From Lama guanicoe (Eukaryota), in NCBI GenBank assembly GCA_013239625.1, contig MU054391.1, positions 7,099,095 through 7,163,094 of the forward strand: DNA of 64,000 nt, in the 5' to 3' direction. The position numbers were made by a program, and so were the translations under genes. The stretch's first letter is position 1. Each line of letters opens with the position of its first letter. Of this stretch, positions 48,072 through 60,083 are shown piece after piece. The notes beneath the pieces are model-generated. The model did no database searches and was not told where the DNA came from. It worked only from the letters and a program-made list of their open reading frames with translations.

Positions 48072-48815
48072 GTTTTTAAATTGTGGTGAAATACACATAC
48101 ATAAAATGTAGTCTTTTAATCATTTTTAAGTGTACAGTTGAGTAGACTTAATATACATACATTCACGTGGTTGTGTATTCACATGGCGATGGTCTCTGCC
48201 GTCCAGCCCAGAGCTCTCCACCTTGCTGAAGGGAGGCTCTGTCCCCACTAAATACTAGCTCCCCCGTGCCTTGTCCCCACTCCTGGTTGGCACTGCTCTG
48301 CTTTCTGTTTCTGTGAGTGTGTCTGCTCTAGGTGGCTCACATAAGTAGGATCGTACAGTATTTGTCCTTTTGTTTCTGGCTTATTTCACTCAACATAATG
48401 CCCTCAAGGTTCATCCATGTTGTGGCATACGTCGGAATTTCCTTCCTTTTTAAGGCTGAATAGTATTCCGTGATGCGTATAATGCCGCGTTTTGTTTATC
48501 CATTCATCCGTCGATGGACACTTGGGTTGTTTCCACCTTTTGACTATTGGGAATAATGCTGCTATGAACACGGAGTGCAGCTGTCTCTTTGAGACCTTGA
48601 TTTCAATTCTTTTGGCTGTACCCAGAAGTGGGATTGCTGGATCCTATGATCGGTCTGTTTTTGATGTTTTAGTGGAATCGCCATCCTGTGTTCTTCAGCT
48701 TTACCATTTTGCATTCCCTCCAGCAGTGCACATGGGTTCCAGTTTCTTTACGTGCTCGCCAATGCATGTTTTTTCCTGCTTTCTAGATAGTAGCCATCCA
48801 AATAGCTGTGAGGTG
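48072..48815 (-). mobile_element. L1MA/L1MB-type 3' region
   Basis: ttttaaattgtggtgaaatacacata...aaggttcatccatgttgtggc...ttccaccttttgactattgggaataatgctgctatgaaca...cccagaagtgggattgctggatc. Confidence 0.88.
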
Positions 48816-51800
48816 GAAGTGTTCTCCCTGTTAACATCCTCAGTGCTCAGTCTGGGCAGCCCCAGGGCGCAGGCGCTGATGGGTCCTAGGAGCTGTTGCC
48901 AGGCGGGGCCCTGACCTTGTCCTTTGTTAAGGATTGGGGAACAGATCCTTTTCTGCTTCCAAATGGAGGTGTTATCAGATTTGCAAACAAGTTATTCAAC
49001 AGAGGGAGTATCACTAGCTACTTCCAATTATTTGTGAAGGGAAAGCTACGCCAGCCAGTCCTGAGGCATGCGCACAGGGAAGATCCCAGGACTGGAAATC
49101 GGGAACCTGAGTCTGGCTCTGTCTCTGTTGTGGGAGGAGCGCAGCCTCAGTCACTTGCCATTTCTGGGCTTATTTCTTTAAAATGAGGGTGTTGGGACAA
49201 CAGCTCAGTCAGGATCCTGCCAGCTTTGGAAGTCTCAGATCCTGCACGATGACCTTGATTTACTCATTGAAGAGTGGGGAGAGGTGGGGAGGGATGTTTT
49301 GTTCTTGAGAACAAGAGCACGGAGCAACATTTAGTTTAAATTATTAAAGATGCCCTTTCGTTGCTAAGGATTGATGAGAACAAGAACAAAGCCTTTATCT
49401 TCTAATGGCTGGAGATGGAATTGGACCTTGCAGGTCACCTCGGCTGAAGTCATCATTTTACAGATAAGCAGTTGGGACGCAGAGATGGTAACACCATCCG
49501 CTTAAGAGCTTTCTCTTTCTTATGAATAAAGGATAGTGGCTGTCGGGTCCTGAGGCCTTCTCAGGAGCGGTGCTGGCAGAGCAGGGGCGCTGGCGTGGGT
49601 TTGGGGCCTTGGCTCTGAGGAGGTGGTCATGTGTTATCCGGCAGTGAGCGCAGCCCCTGTGTGCGGGCGATGAAGTTGGTGGAAGCTGTGGGGGGCGGGA
49701 GAGGGGGCCCGACAGAAGCGAAGCCGAGGTCAGATGGTCAGATTCCAGTCCTGTGATCTTGGGCATTTGCCTCGTTACACGTTTTCCCACCTGAAAGGCC
49801 TTATACCTACATGGTTACTGTGAGAGTCACGCGAGCATGAGGTCACGTACGTGAATGAAATGATACAAAAACGTCACTCCTATGGCGAGCCCCGCCATGG
49901 AGTTGGAGGTTACCTCTCTCGGTGTGCCCAGTGCATTAAATCTAGGTTGACCATTGAGGTGATGATTCCTTTTATAAAATGACTCCCTAGAAGAAGTGTC
50001 AGGGTTACAGATAATTCTCTTTCTATATTGTTCATCTTTTCAGGAACTGTCCCCCCGTCCCCTTTTGCGTGAAGTTAGCTAACCTGCACCACTAAACTGA
50101 CTTAGAACTTTGGGGATTTTCTGTGTCTACGGACGTGGGCCCTTGTTAGTGGTGGAAGCCACACAGCCAGGGAGGCAGGTCTGTGCGTATCTGAATGTGC
50201 TTCCTGAAGGTCCACGTGCTCCCTCATTTGAGGGAGGAAGTGTGCTGTCCATCTCGAGGGCGTCGTTTAGAATTGTACAGAGAGCCAGAGAGGGCTGTCT
50301 CCTTTTCTCTGTAGGTTTTGTTCTCTGCTTTTAGGTCTCTGGCAGTTCTAAGTTAAGTCAGCAGTTCTTGTCTGCATGCGGGGCATTTGACCAGCCCCTT
50401 CTGAGCCTTAGTTTCTTTATCTGTGCAGTGGGGTTGCTTCACAACTCTTCTGCTTTTGTAATAGGGGTTGAAGTGAGGCTTATAAAAGGTAGTTTTTTGT
50501 TTTTGTTGTTGTTGTTGTTGTCTTTAACTTGAAAGGACAAGGTTTGATCCTTGGCCTCAAGGAGAATCTGGCTTCACTGAGTAACAAGAAAACCACATGA
50601 CAAAATAGAGACACATCAGAGCAGGAAAGTTCACAGTCCAAGATGTGTAAATGGAGGGCCGCCAGGGCCAGGTGTGCGCACCTGCTGCGGCAGTTGCTGG
50701 AGTCATTGTAAGGGACCGGAGGTGGGTGGTGTCCCTATGGTCCCATGCATCCCTGGTTAGCAGGGTAGGTGGCCCTGAGATCTAGGGGACCTCACACAGG
50801 ACGAGGTCTGGGGACCCGTTGATTAGAAGTCACATGTGCGAGCCGAGCCCTCTGTGCTCGGGGTATCTGAAACCACGTGGCCTCACGAGTCCACCTCAGT
50901 GTTAAGTATACAGAGAGGAGGGGATAGAGGTCTGGACTTAGCCTTGAAGTGGAGGTGCAGCTGGAGAAGAGAGGACCCCGACGAAGGGGGATCCTTGAGC
51001 AGAGCCATGGCCCCCGGGGAGGCGGGAGGGTGGTGGGTGGGGTGGCCAGTGATGCAGAGCTAGGAGGGTGGCCGGAGCAGGCTGCAGGGCGGGAGCACGA
51101 GTGAGTCCTGTCAGGGTGACAGGGCCGGGCCATGGAACTGGGGGCAGGCTCTGCTGGCTGGGCGGTCTGGCAGGTGTGGGTCAGCACCGAGGTGGGCGTC
51201 AGAGCCAGAGGTGTGAGGCGAAGGCCGGGGCACTGCTGACTGGGGCTCCCGTTGCTCAGCACCCGAACTTCTCCTGGGTCATCCCTCTGCCTCATTTCAT
51301 TGGTCACGCCGCCTCTCAGGCCAGCATCATTTTTTGTCCTCACCAGCAGCAGCAGCTGCCGATTGGTCTTCCTGCCTCAGTTTCTTTTCTTGTTAGTCTT
51401 CTCTACATTTTTACCGCGATGCTCTTTCTAAATCCTGGATCGAATCGTCATTTTTGTAATTCCTGAGTCTCCGGTGGCTTCTCTTGGCTATACTGCGCCA
51501 TCCAAATTTCCTAGCATGATGTCAGCTGTGGTCCTTCCCCTGGGTGTTCCCTGCTGCAGCCATAGCCCGTCTCTGTGTGTGCGCACACCTCTCCCTCCGC
51601 GGTGCCCTGGTGCACCTTCCTCTCCCGGAATGCCCTCCTCCAAGCCTGCCAGCTGCCAGCCCCTCCGGGACGATTCTCCCCTTTCCTTGGGTGTGACTCC
51701 CTTAGTGTTTACTTAGGATCGACACAGCACTGGTGCGTGTCTGTCATGAGCCGGGGGTTTGAGCTGTGTCTTCTTTCATCTGCGTTCCCAGCACTGGGCC

Positions 51801-52393
51801 CTTTGTAGAGCAGACTTCAGTTGATCAGCTGGGCAGACAAACCGAAGCTGAGCACAGATATCCCTTGAAATGTGAGCGCATCAGGGAGGCAGGCAGGCAA
51901 GGACCAGGATGGAAATTGCTCAAAATAAATGTCACTTTTTTTTTTCACTTCTCAAGTAAAAATAGTCATTTTTTCCAACTAATATTGTTAAGTATCTCCT
52001 CTATTTGGCGTGGTGGGGAACACTAAGAGGAATCAGACACAGTCTCTCTCTTCTCAACAGTCTGAAGATTTAGTCTATAAAACCCGCACGGTATGACAGG
52101 GCAGGTGTCACGAGGTGATATAAACAAGTACTGTGGGCCCAGAGGGGAAGAGCCGGTGATAACTGAGGTTAGTCCTCCTGGGGTGGCCCAGGGTTTGAGG
52201 TGGGGGGCACTGGGCAGGGGTGGGGGTCATGGAGCCCATTCCAGTGGAACAAGACAACCCGAGCCAGGTGCGAAGTGGGGCGTGTGATGCACGTGTCTGA
52301 AATGAGGAGGAGTTCACCTCGCTGGCCCTGGAGCCTCCTCCAAGTTAACTGTGCATGTGTCTTGCTTGTGTCTCTGTTTCCTAGGCCCAAACC

Positions 52394-52585
52394 ATGAATT
52401 ACGTGGGGCAGCTGGCTGGCCAGGTGTTTGTCACTGTGAAGGAGCTTTACAAGGGGCTGAACCCCGCCACCCTGTCCGGATGCATCGACATAATCGTGGT
52501 CCGCCAGCCCAACGGGAGCCTGCAGTGCTCCCCCTTCCACGTCCGCTTTGGAAAGATGGGGGTCCTGCGCTCCCGAGAGAAAGTG
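52394..52585 (+). CDS. LPIN1: LPIN1 first canonical coding exon (exon begins 52385; aa 1-64, N-LIP domain)
   Basis: Acceptor tgtttcctag|GCCCAAACCATG (A at -3). Encodes [64 protein letters not shown]. Donor GTG|gtaagt. 192 coding nt. Includes the HVRF PP1-docking motif (aa 49-52). Confidence 0.98.
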
Positions 52586-52724
52586 GTAAGTAACCCGGAG
52601 GACAGGTTCCCCCCTTAGAGAAAAATCATTGTGTTTCTGTGGCTTTACATGTCCAGAGCTCCTCGCAGACCCAGAGTTTTAGTTCTCTGTCAGAAAGGGC
52701 TGGTCCCTGAGTTGACAAGTTCCA

Positions 52725-53200
52725 GTTACTATGATGTGTAAATGTCTCCAAAATGCAGTGGTGTAAAACAACTATTTACGAAGCTCCTGGGTACTGTGGG
52801 TTGGGGTTCCAGCCAAGTGCAGTAGGCTGGTTCATCCCTGCCGTTTGCCATCTGGGGGGCTTCAGCTGGAGACTCGGGGCTGGGGGGCTGGAATCACCTG
52901 TAGATGTCCTGGCTCCCGTGGCTGGTGGCTCTCAGCTGGACTCTTAGCTGAGGCTGTTGGCCACAGCGCCTCCACACGGCCCCTCCGTCTGGCCTTCCTT
53001 ACAACATGGTAGCTGGCTGCAAGGAAAGCAAGAGGGAGCCAGGCAGACGCCACCTTCTTGTGCTGGCCTAGCCCCGGGAGTCACGTGGCACTACTTGGGT
53101 TGTGCTCGCAGACTCTCTGGGGCAATCACAAGCCTGCAGGGACTCAAGGGGCTGGAGGTGGGGGGAAGAGACTCCGCCTCTCAATGGACCAGGTTGACCA
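52725..53200. mobile_element. Old MLT1 LTR in the intron after the ATG exon
   Basis: ccaaaatgcagtggtgtaaaacaact...gggggcttcagctgg...ggctggaatcacctg...gcttccttacaacatggtagctgg. Confidence 0.6.
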
Positions 53201-53312
53201 ACTGAGATTGGGAACTGTGAGGTATTTCGGGGGATGATATGATTAAAGTGTGTGGAGACTGAGCCATCTCCCAGGAGATTTCCTGTTGTGGTGAAGTATC
53301 TTGTTCCTTCAG

Positions 53313-53408
53313 GTTGACATTGAAATCAACGGCGAATCTGTGGATTTGCACATGAAATTGGGAGATAATGGAGAGGCGTTTTTTGTTCAAGAGACTGATA
53401 ATGATCAG
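53313..53408 (+). CDS. LPIN1: LPIN1 coding exon (aa 65-96, N-LIP domain)
   Basis: ttccttcag|GTT...CAG|gtaagg, 96 nt. Encodes [32 protein letters not shown], including conserved G84 (the residue mutated in mouse fld2J). Confidence 0.98.
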
Positions 53409-53769
53409 GTAAGGAAGGCGGGGTGTGAGGGTGACTCCCGAGTTTTGGGCTCTGAGCTCTGCTCCTCTAGGAGACACATGTGGAACAGTGATGCTGGCGC
53501 CCGGCTGTGTGGGTGACGGCTGCAGAGAAAAGCGGCCTCTTACCCCATACCGGGCATTTGAGCCGGACACGGTGGGTGTGAGCTGTGTCCACAGGACTCC
53601 GCAGTCCTGGCCTGCTCCCGTTGGCTCAGTGTCCGGGGAGGCAGGGGACTGAATCACATTGGGCTGAACCGTGGTCCGTAGCACACAAACGATACTGATG
53701 TGTCAAATCTCGGACAAATGAATGTTCTAGTATTTGTTTACTCAATGACTAAATCACTTTTATTTTTAT

Positions 53770-54925
53770 TAAATTTTTTTTAACAGCTCTATTAAGATAC
53801 AATTCTCGTACCATACGATTTATCCGTTTCAAGTGTACAATTCTGCGGTTTTTAGTATTTTCACAAATGCGCGTATCCATTAGTACAGTCAATTCTGTAA
53901 CATTTTCATCACCTCCAAGAGACACTGTACCCGTTAGCCATCACCTCCCCTGTCCCTAAACCCCCAGCCTTCCACTGCCTGAGCCCGAAACAGCCATTAA
54001 TCTACTTTCTGTCACTCTGGATTTCCCTTATTCTGAGCTTTCATCTGAATGGAATCCCATGGTCTGGGGCCTTTTGTGCCTGACTTCCTTCAGTACCACA
54101 ACTTTACAAGATTCATCTGAGTCATGGCTTATGCCAGTACTTCATTCATTCCACTGTAGGGCCACAATGTTCCACTGCATCTACAGACCACGTTTAGTTT
54201 ATCTTTTCATGTGTTGGTGGATAATTAGGTTTGTTTCCACTTTTTGGCTGTTGTCAGCAACGTTGCTATGAACATCTGTGTGCAAGTTTTCTTGAAGACT
54301 TATGTTTTTGTTTGTTCTGGGTATGTCCCTGGGCGCGGAATTGCTGGGTTGAGTGGGAACTCTGTGTTTAACATTCGAGGAACTGCCAGACTGTTATCCA
54401 AAGCTGCTCTGTTTTACGTTCCTACTGGCAATGCACGGGGGTTCCGATTTGTGAAGAGCCTCATCATTTCTTGTTTTCTAGCTTTGCGACTCTAGCCATC
54501 CTGGTGGGTGTGAAGTGGTTCCTCATCCTGGTATTGATTTGCATTTCCCTAGTGACTAGTGACGTGGAGTGTTTTTTCATTTGCTTCTTGGCCATTTCCA
54601 TGTGTTCTTTGGAGAAGTGTCTGTTCAGACACTTTGCTCATTTTTTGTTGGGTTATGTGTCTTTCTGTCACTGAGTTGTAAGAGTTCATGGCCTGTTCTA
54701 GACACAAGCCCCTCGTCAGGTGTGTGCTCTGTGAGCACCTTCTTCCACTGTGGGAGTGAGTTGTCTTTTCACTTTCTGATGTTGTGCTTTGAAACACAAA
54801 GTTTTTAATTTTGATGAAATCCGATTTATCTATTTTATTTTTGTTGCTCGTCCTTTTGTTGTCATATCTCAGAATTCTTTGCCAAATCCGAAGTCATGGC
54901 GATTTACCCCTCTGTTTCCTTCCAA
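53770..54925 (-). mobile_element. L1MB-type 3' region (about 1.15 kb)
   Basis: ttttttaacagctctattaagatacaattc...ttgatttgcatttccctagtgact...ttggagaagtgtctgttcagac...aaagtttttaattttgatgaaatcc. Confidence 0.88.
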
Positions 54926-55784
54926 GACAGACCACTTCTTTTTGGCCTTTCACTGAGAAAGCCGCTTTGAAGGGATCTGATGTCGTGATTCCTCAATAAA
55001 ATCCACTCGAACTAGTTCCTTTATGGGAAGGCAGCCTGACTGAAAAGGAACGGCTCTAAATAGCTCCAGGCTCTAAGTCGAATGCCGGTCATTTCAGTTT
55101 CAGGACAAAACCATCCCATCCCAGGCTCTGCTTCCTCTCAGGCTCCCCGAAGGTGTGACATAGGAGGAGGACCAGTGTCCTCACCCCTTGGCCCTCAGGG
55201 AGCCCTGCCTGGCTGCTCTTTGTCTCCCCACTAAAAGGGGAGGCAGAGGATGATTCACTGGTTTCTAATGAATTTTAGGCTTTGACAGATGGATCACTTG
55301 CATCTTTAACGTCTGTTTGCCCCTTGGCTGTAGACAGATTTCACGCTATAAGAGCTGGGGAAGCATTTTGGGTGGGGATGCCATGGAGGCTGCAGGCCGC
55401 CGTGGTGAGCTGGGTCTCCGAGGCCAGTACGTCCTGTCCCATGCGATGCCCCTCCTGCCCCTGAGAGGCAGCTGGAAGCTGGGGAGCCTGTGTCCTTCAT
55501 CACCAGATTGAGCCGTCTCCCCCTTCCCTTTTGACCCAGTGTCAGCACTCTCTGTGCGTTTCTTCAGCTGAGTGAGGCGGTCTGTCACTTCCCTCCCAGC
55601 CTCGCCTCACCTCTCAGATGAGGACTTCATACATGTAGGGCATTTGATGTTCTCCAAGCCACTCAAACTGTCAGCAGCATGTGTGCCTGTCCCCTGAATG
55701 AACAGTGGGGGGCCGTCGGCACCACCCGGCTTCTTATGTCCCAGTCAACAAGGCTTCTTTTTGAACATCTTTTCTGCCCTTCAG

Positions 55785-56092
55785 GAGGTGATCCCCATGC
55801 ACCTGGCCACCTCCCCGATCCTGTCAGAAGGAGCCTCGCGGATGGAGTCCCAGCTGAAGAGGAACTCTGTAGATCGGATGAGAGGCCTGGACCCCAACAC
55901 CTCAGCCCAGGTCTTAGCTCCCAGCGAGACCACCTCAGGTGGCTCTTTAGTGAAGAAGAGGAGAAAGAGGAGGAGGAAGTCCCAGCTGGACAGCATGAAA
56001 AGGGATGACAACACCAACACGTCCGAGGACGAAGACATGTTTCCCATCGAGATGAGCTCGGACGAGGAGGCCGAGCCGCTGGACAGCAGTAG
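55785..56092 (+). CDS. LPIN1: LPIN1 coding exon (aa 97-199; S106 phosphosite, polybasic NLS/PA-binding motif)
   Basis: cccttcag|GAG...AGTAG|gtaaat, 308 nt, ends phase 2. Encodes EVIPMHLATSPILSEG...KKRRKRRRK (55953-55979, aa 153-161)...SEDEDMFPIEMSSDEE. Confidence 0.97.
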
Positions 56093-56167
56093 GTAAATGT
56101 GCAGGGGGGTGCCCTGAGCTCCAGCTGCGTGGCTTCGTTTTTTAGGAGAACTCTCTCTGTCTCTCTC

Positions 56168-56303
56168 TTTTTTTTTTTTTGTGGGGGGAAAGGTAATTAG
56201 GTTTATTTATTTATTTCTTTTTTAAGTGGCGGCACTGGGGACTGAACCCAGGACCTTGTGCATGCTAAGCACATGCTCTACCACTGAGCTATATCCTTTC
56301 CCC
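56168..56303 (-). mobile_element. tRNA-Ala-derived SINE of camelid type (Vic-1-like)
   Basis: Minus strand reads ggggaaaggatatagctcagtggtagagcatgtgcttagcatgcacaaggtcctgggttcagtccccagt (A and B boxes, AGC anticodon), then an aaataaataaacctaattacc...cccc tail and poly-A. Confidence 0.85.
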
Positions 56304-57664
56304 TTACAGAAACGTTCCCCCCTGGCCCTAGAATTTCTTACTCTTCCATTAATGATTTTAGACTGAACTTTGGAATCCTGCAGGCGCAATTCTAAAGTAG
56401 CATAAAGACGTGATGGAGCTTGTAACTGAGAGGTAATCGGTAACACCCGACATCCCTGGTGTTAACCCCAGCTTTCCAGGGAGGAACCATGGAGCAGGTA
56501 CTCAGCAGACAAACACTTTATGAATCACTGTTTCGGACCCACACATGCTCATTTAGCGCCGACTTGGAGCACGGCGTTGGGCTGATTGACACTTGGGGGC
56601 CGATCTGTGGTCCACTCAGGGCTACAGGTGACCCGTTTCTCTACAAGCAGACCTGTCCTTTTCAGTGTTGATCGGGGTCAAAGTTCGGTGGACACCTGTT
56701 GTGTTTTTCTTTGCTTTTTATAGTGTGGTGAAATTCTGTCTGTGTAGTGCTATTTTGGTGAAAAATGCCAGTTTTAAAAGTCAGAAATCATTTGTAAAGA
56801 ATTATTTGATGTTTCAGATTTTTTATGTAATTCAGCATAATTTTTCGTAATTGTTTTTGTGTCCTGTTAGCATAAAGAACATCAGGAGATGTTCAGGAGA
56901 AGGAACATCTGGAGTAACCCCCTGCTTCGTTATTCAGAGCTGAATTTTTTTTTCTGGCTGAAAAATAGAGGCACACCAACAATGTCGCTTTTCCTAAGTG
57001 CCGTGGGCTCAGGAGCTGGTCAGTCGGGCTTATTACGGCTGCCTTCCCTGCGTGGCTTTTAGTTCTAGGACTTAGATGCTTCAGAGAACATCGGAAATAC
57101 AGACAGGTGGCCTCTGCATGAGAAAGAGTGACTTGTATTTTGTAACAAGCGTGCTGTACCCGACGCCAGGTAGATTTGCAACCATTTTGTAATTATAAGA
57201 TACAGTTTGTCGTGACATTTATGTATTGCGCTAGATAAGCTGCTGTCTATGTGTTCAGTGGTTGGCAGCTCCCCCGGGCATGGCAAGAGTTTATAACCCT
57301 CTGGGTCCAGTCTTGGGCCTGACTACCTCTCAGGCTTTTTGTGGAGGAAACGTGAAAGACAAGCATATCACGTATCGGGCACTGTGGCGTAAATATCAGG
57401 TGTGCAGCCATGGTGTCCGTGTCTAATACTGGCCCAAAGGCAGTTCACACTTGCAGTTCAGCCAAAGCACGAATGCACACTACACATTTCTCTGAGTCAC
57501 TTTTTCCTCTTCACCTCCTAGAATATGCCTGGGTGGTTTATTTAGAAGGAGCTCACATTAGTCTACCAGCATTAGAGAGAAGAAAAAATGGAAACTTGCC
57601 TTATTACAAATCGATCACTAATCATTCTTTGACTTTGATCTTTCTTTTTTTTTTTTCCCTCCAG

Positions 57665-57790
57665 AACTCTTTCTAATGATATACCTCCATTCCAAGAAGA
57701 CGTTCCTAAGGAAAACCTTTCCCCAGTCCTGACCTACCCTCAGTCAGCATCATACCCTAATTCCGACAGAGAGTGGTCACCCAGCGCCAG
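57665..57790 (+). CDS. LPIN1: LPIN1 coding exon (126 nt, phase 2/2)
   Basis: Long polypyrimidine tract then ccag|A ACT CTT. Encodes (R)TLSNDIPPFQEDVPKENLSPVLTYPQSASYPNSDREWSPSA(S). Donor CAG|gtgagt. Frame continuous with the previous exon. Confidence 0.96.
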
Positions 57791-58961
57791 GTGAGTGGCT
57801 GGTGTCTGTGCCTGTGTGTTTGCCTGTCCTGGTCCAGAGGGTTCCAAGTCAGTGATAGGAAGGGTGTTTAATAAAATAGTGAAATAGAAATAAAACATCA
57901 AAATAACTAGGACCCCCAAAATTGCAATTCAGACTAGGAGGTACAGATCAGAGTTGAGAACAGAACATGTGCAGATCATAAACTTCTGTCTGATATCAGA
58001 ATTGAACTCAGGTGTGGCTCTTAGCTTTCCAAGGTGATGTCGAAAGGGAAGCCACTTGTTAAGTTACATAAATGCCAATTGTCAGCAGGGGAAAACAGGT
58101 GATGGAGCCTTTCAGGGTACTTAGCCCTAAAGTAAAGCTCAGGAACAGAGAGGCTGCTTCAGGGGCCCCGGAGGTCATTCTGCCTGTTGGGATGATGCCC
58201 TCTTCCCAGGCTGAGTCCATGCTGCTGAATTCAAGAATGCTCATTTCCCTGAAATAGACTCTCAAGTGGCCCTAGGCTTCCTGGAGAACCAGAGCTGCTC
58301 TGTGTGGAGAAGATGCGAGAGACTTTTAAGACAGTGAAACCTGTGGGAATTTGTGAGCCCTTCTGAGCAGTTTTCAGAAGAACCAGGGAGGGGACAGGTC
58401 TGAATGGTGTGTTCCCAGTATCACCCCCATCAGGACAAAAATTGGTTCCTGGGCAGCAAAATATAATAGCGTGTAGCCTCCAAAGGGCTGTACATAAACA
58501 GGTGCATAGTATATCCTTGGCATTAAAATTTCATAGTGGAGGGAGGACTTTTGGGGGAAAAAAGGTCTCAAAGTGCTCGAGGGCGTGGCAGTAACGGAAA
58601 AGAGGTTGAGGAGCCCTGGTCTGAGTGACAGCGACACCCTTCGACTGTTCTTACTCCTAATGTGTTGGATTTACTTATGGCCCAAAATGGGGGTGTCGGA
58701 GCCACTCGAAGCTCAGCACGTGCTGCAAAGGCTTCCTGCCTGAAGCCAGTCTCCTGTGAACACCACTCCTGGTTCCAGTTTGACCAGACTGATCTCGTTA
58801 ATGAGACAGCAGGGTCAGTGGCGGGTGCTGAAGTTGGGGTTGGAGAAAAGTCCATGTGTCACCTGCCTGGTTTCCAGCCAGGACCGTGACGGTGAATGTT
58901 GTCAACCAGAGCGGGGCTGGGGGCCTGTGGAGTCCCCGCGTAGGGGTCTGTCTGTCCTTAG

Positions 58962-59275
58962 GCCCGCCCTGTCCAGTAGAAACAGAATGCTAGCTGCATA
59001 TGTAATTTAAAATTTTCTAGTAACCATCCTTAAAAAGTAAAAAGAAATTGATGAAATTAACTTTGATGATCTGTTTCATTGACCTGATATATCCAAAGTA
59101 TTTTCATTTCAAGTAATCGGTTTTTAAAAAAAATATTGAGGTATTTCACATTCTCATTTTCCTAAGTCTTTGCAATCGTGTATCTTAAATGTGCAGAACA
59201 TCTCACTTTGGGCTAGTCATGTTTCAAGTTCTCAATAGCCACACACAGCCCATGGTCTTCCTATTACACAATGTA
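58962..59275. mobile_element. MER33/MER3-like hAT-Charlie transposon
   Basis: ctgtccagtagaaacagaatgctagc...atgtaatttaaaattttctagtaaccat...tttcaagttctcaatagccacac. Confidence 0.8.
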
Positions 59276-59937
59276 GGTATAAGACCCTTCTAGAACCTCA
59301 TACGTTCTCTCCCTAGGTCTGTGGAGTTAAGCCCTAAGGAGGGAAAACCACAGTACTTTAGGAAGAAAATTATGTGGAATAGTTAGAAACCACTGACAGT
59401 TAGAAAACTCTGTTCATACACTCTGTGTTAGTTTTGAGAATTTAAATACAACCCTGAATACATTTCTCTGATATTTTCTCTGTGAAACCAGAATAATGAC
59501 TGTGTCAGATTAGGTGATCTGACCACTGTTAAATGCAATTACAAATTAGGAGAAATAGATCCATTTCCAGACTTTAGCTTATGTATTTTCTTTAGAGAGA
59601 CAGTTGTCAGCACAAATCACCTCGTCTTTTGGAGGATGTAGTTTGCTGAGGCACTAAATTCTGCCCCGAGAAAAACAATTTTTTTATGGGCACATGGATG
59701 AAATAGAAAGTGAAACGGGTGCCTTGACAATTTCCCGTTTTCGTGGCTCGAAAGATTCGTGTTGATTTCGTAGCGACGTCAACATGGGGCCCTCTGCTGT
59801 TGTCCGACACCCGAGCGCGTTCACTTTCTTACACACGTTACGGGGAGAGTAGTCAAATAATGGGCGTGACACTTTGTTGAATGTAATTGACCTGTGATTT
59901 CTCTTCCTTTCAATGTGGATCACATGGTATCCGGTAG

Positions 59938-60042
59938 CCCGGTAGATTGCAGGAGGCCCCCCCCTCATCTTGCGGTTGTGGCCGAGGGGGGCCTGTCTAG
60001 CTCCTGCCCCCCGCAGTCGTCCCACTTCCACGCTTCGGAAAG
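59938..60042 (+). CDS. LPIN1: LPIN1 beta-isoform cassette exon (105 nt here, phase 2/2)
   Basis: ccggtag|C CCG GTA GAT... encodes (S)PVDCRRPPPHLAVVAEGGLSSSCPPQSSHFHASE(S), clearly homologous to the lipin-1beta insert (human SLVDCKRTAPHLAVAAEGGLSSSCPPQSSLFHPSES, recalled). Donor AAG|gtagag. Frame-preserving. Start is placed at the first AG after the pyrimidine tract. Confidence 0.85.
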
Positions 60043-60083
60043 GTAGAGGGGGCGCTTCCCCATCCTCGGTGTCTTTGATAATA

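Noticed and set aside
56232..56303. Functional tRNA-Ala gene
   Set aside because: Acceptor stem and B box are degenerate, and the SINE tail and poly-A are attached. It is a SINE.
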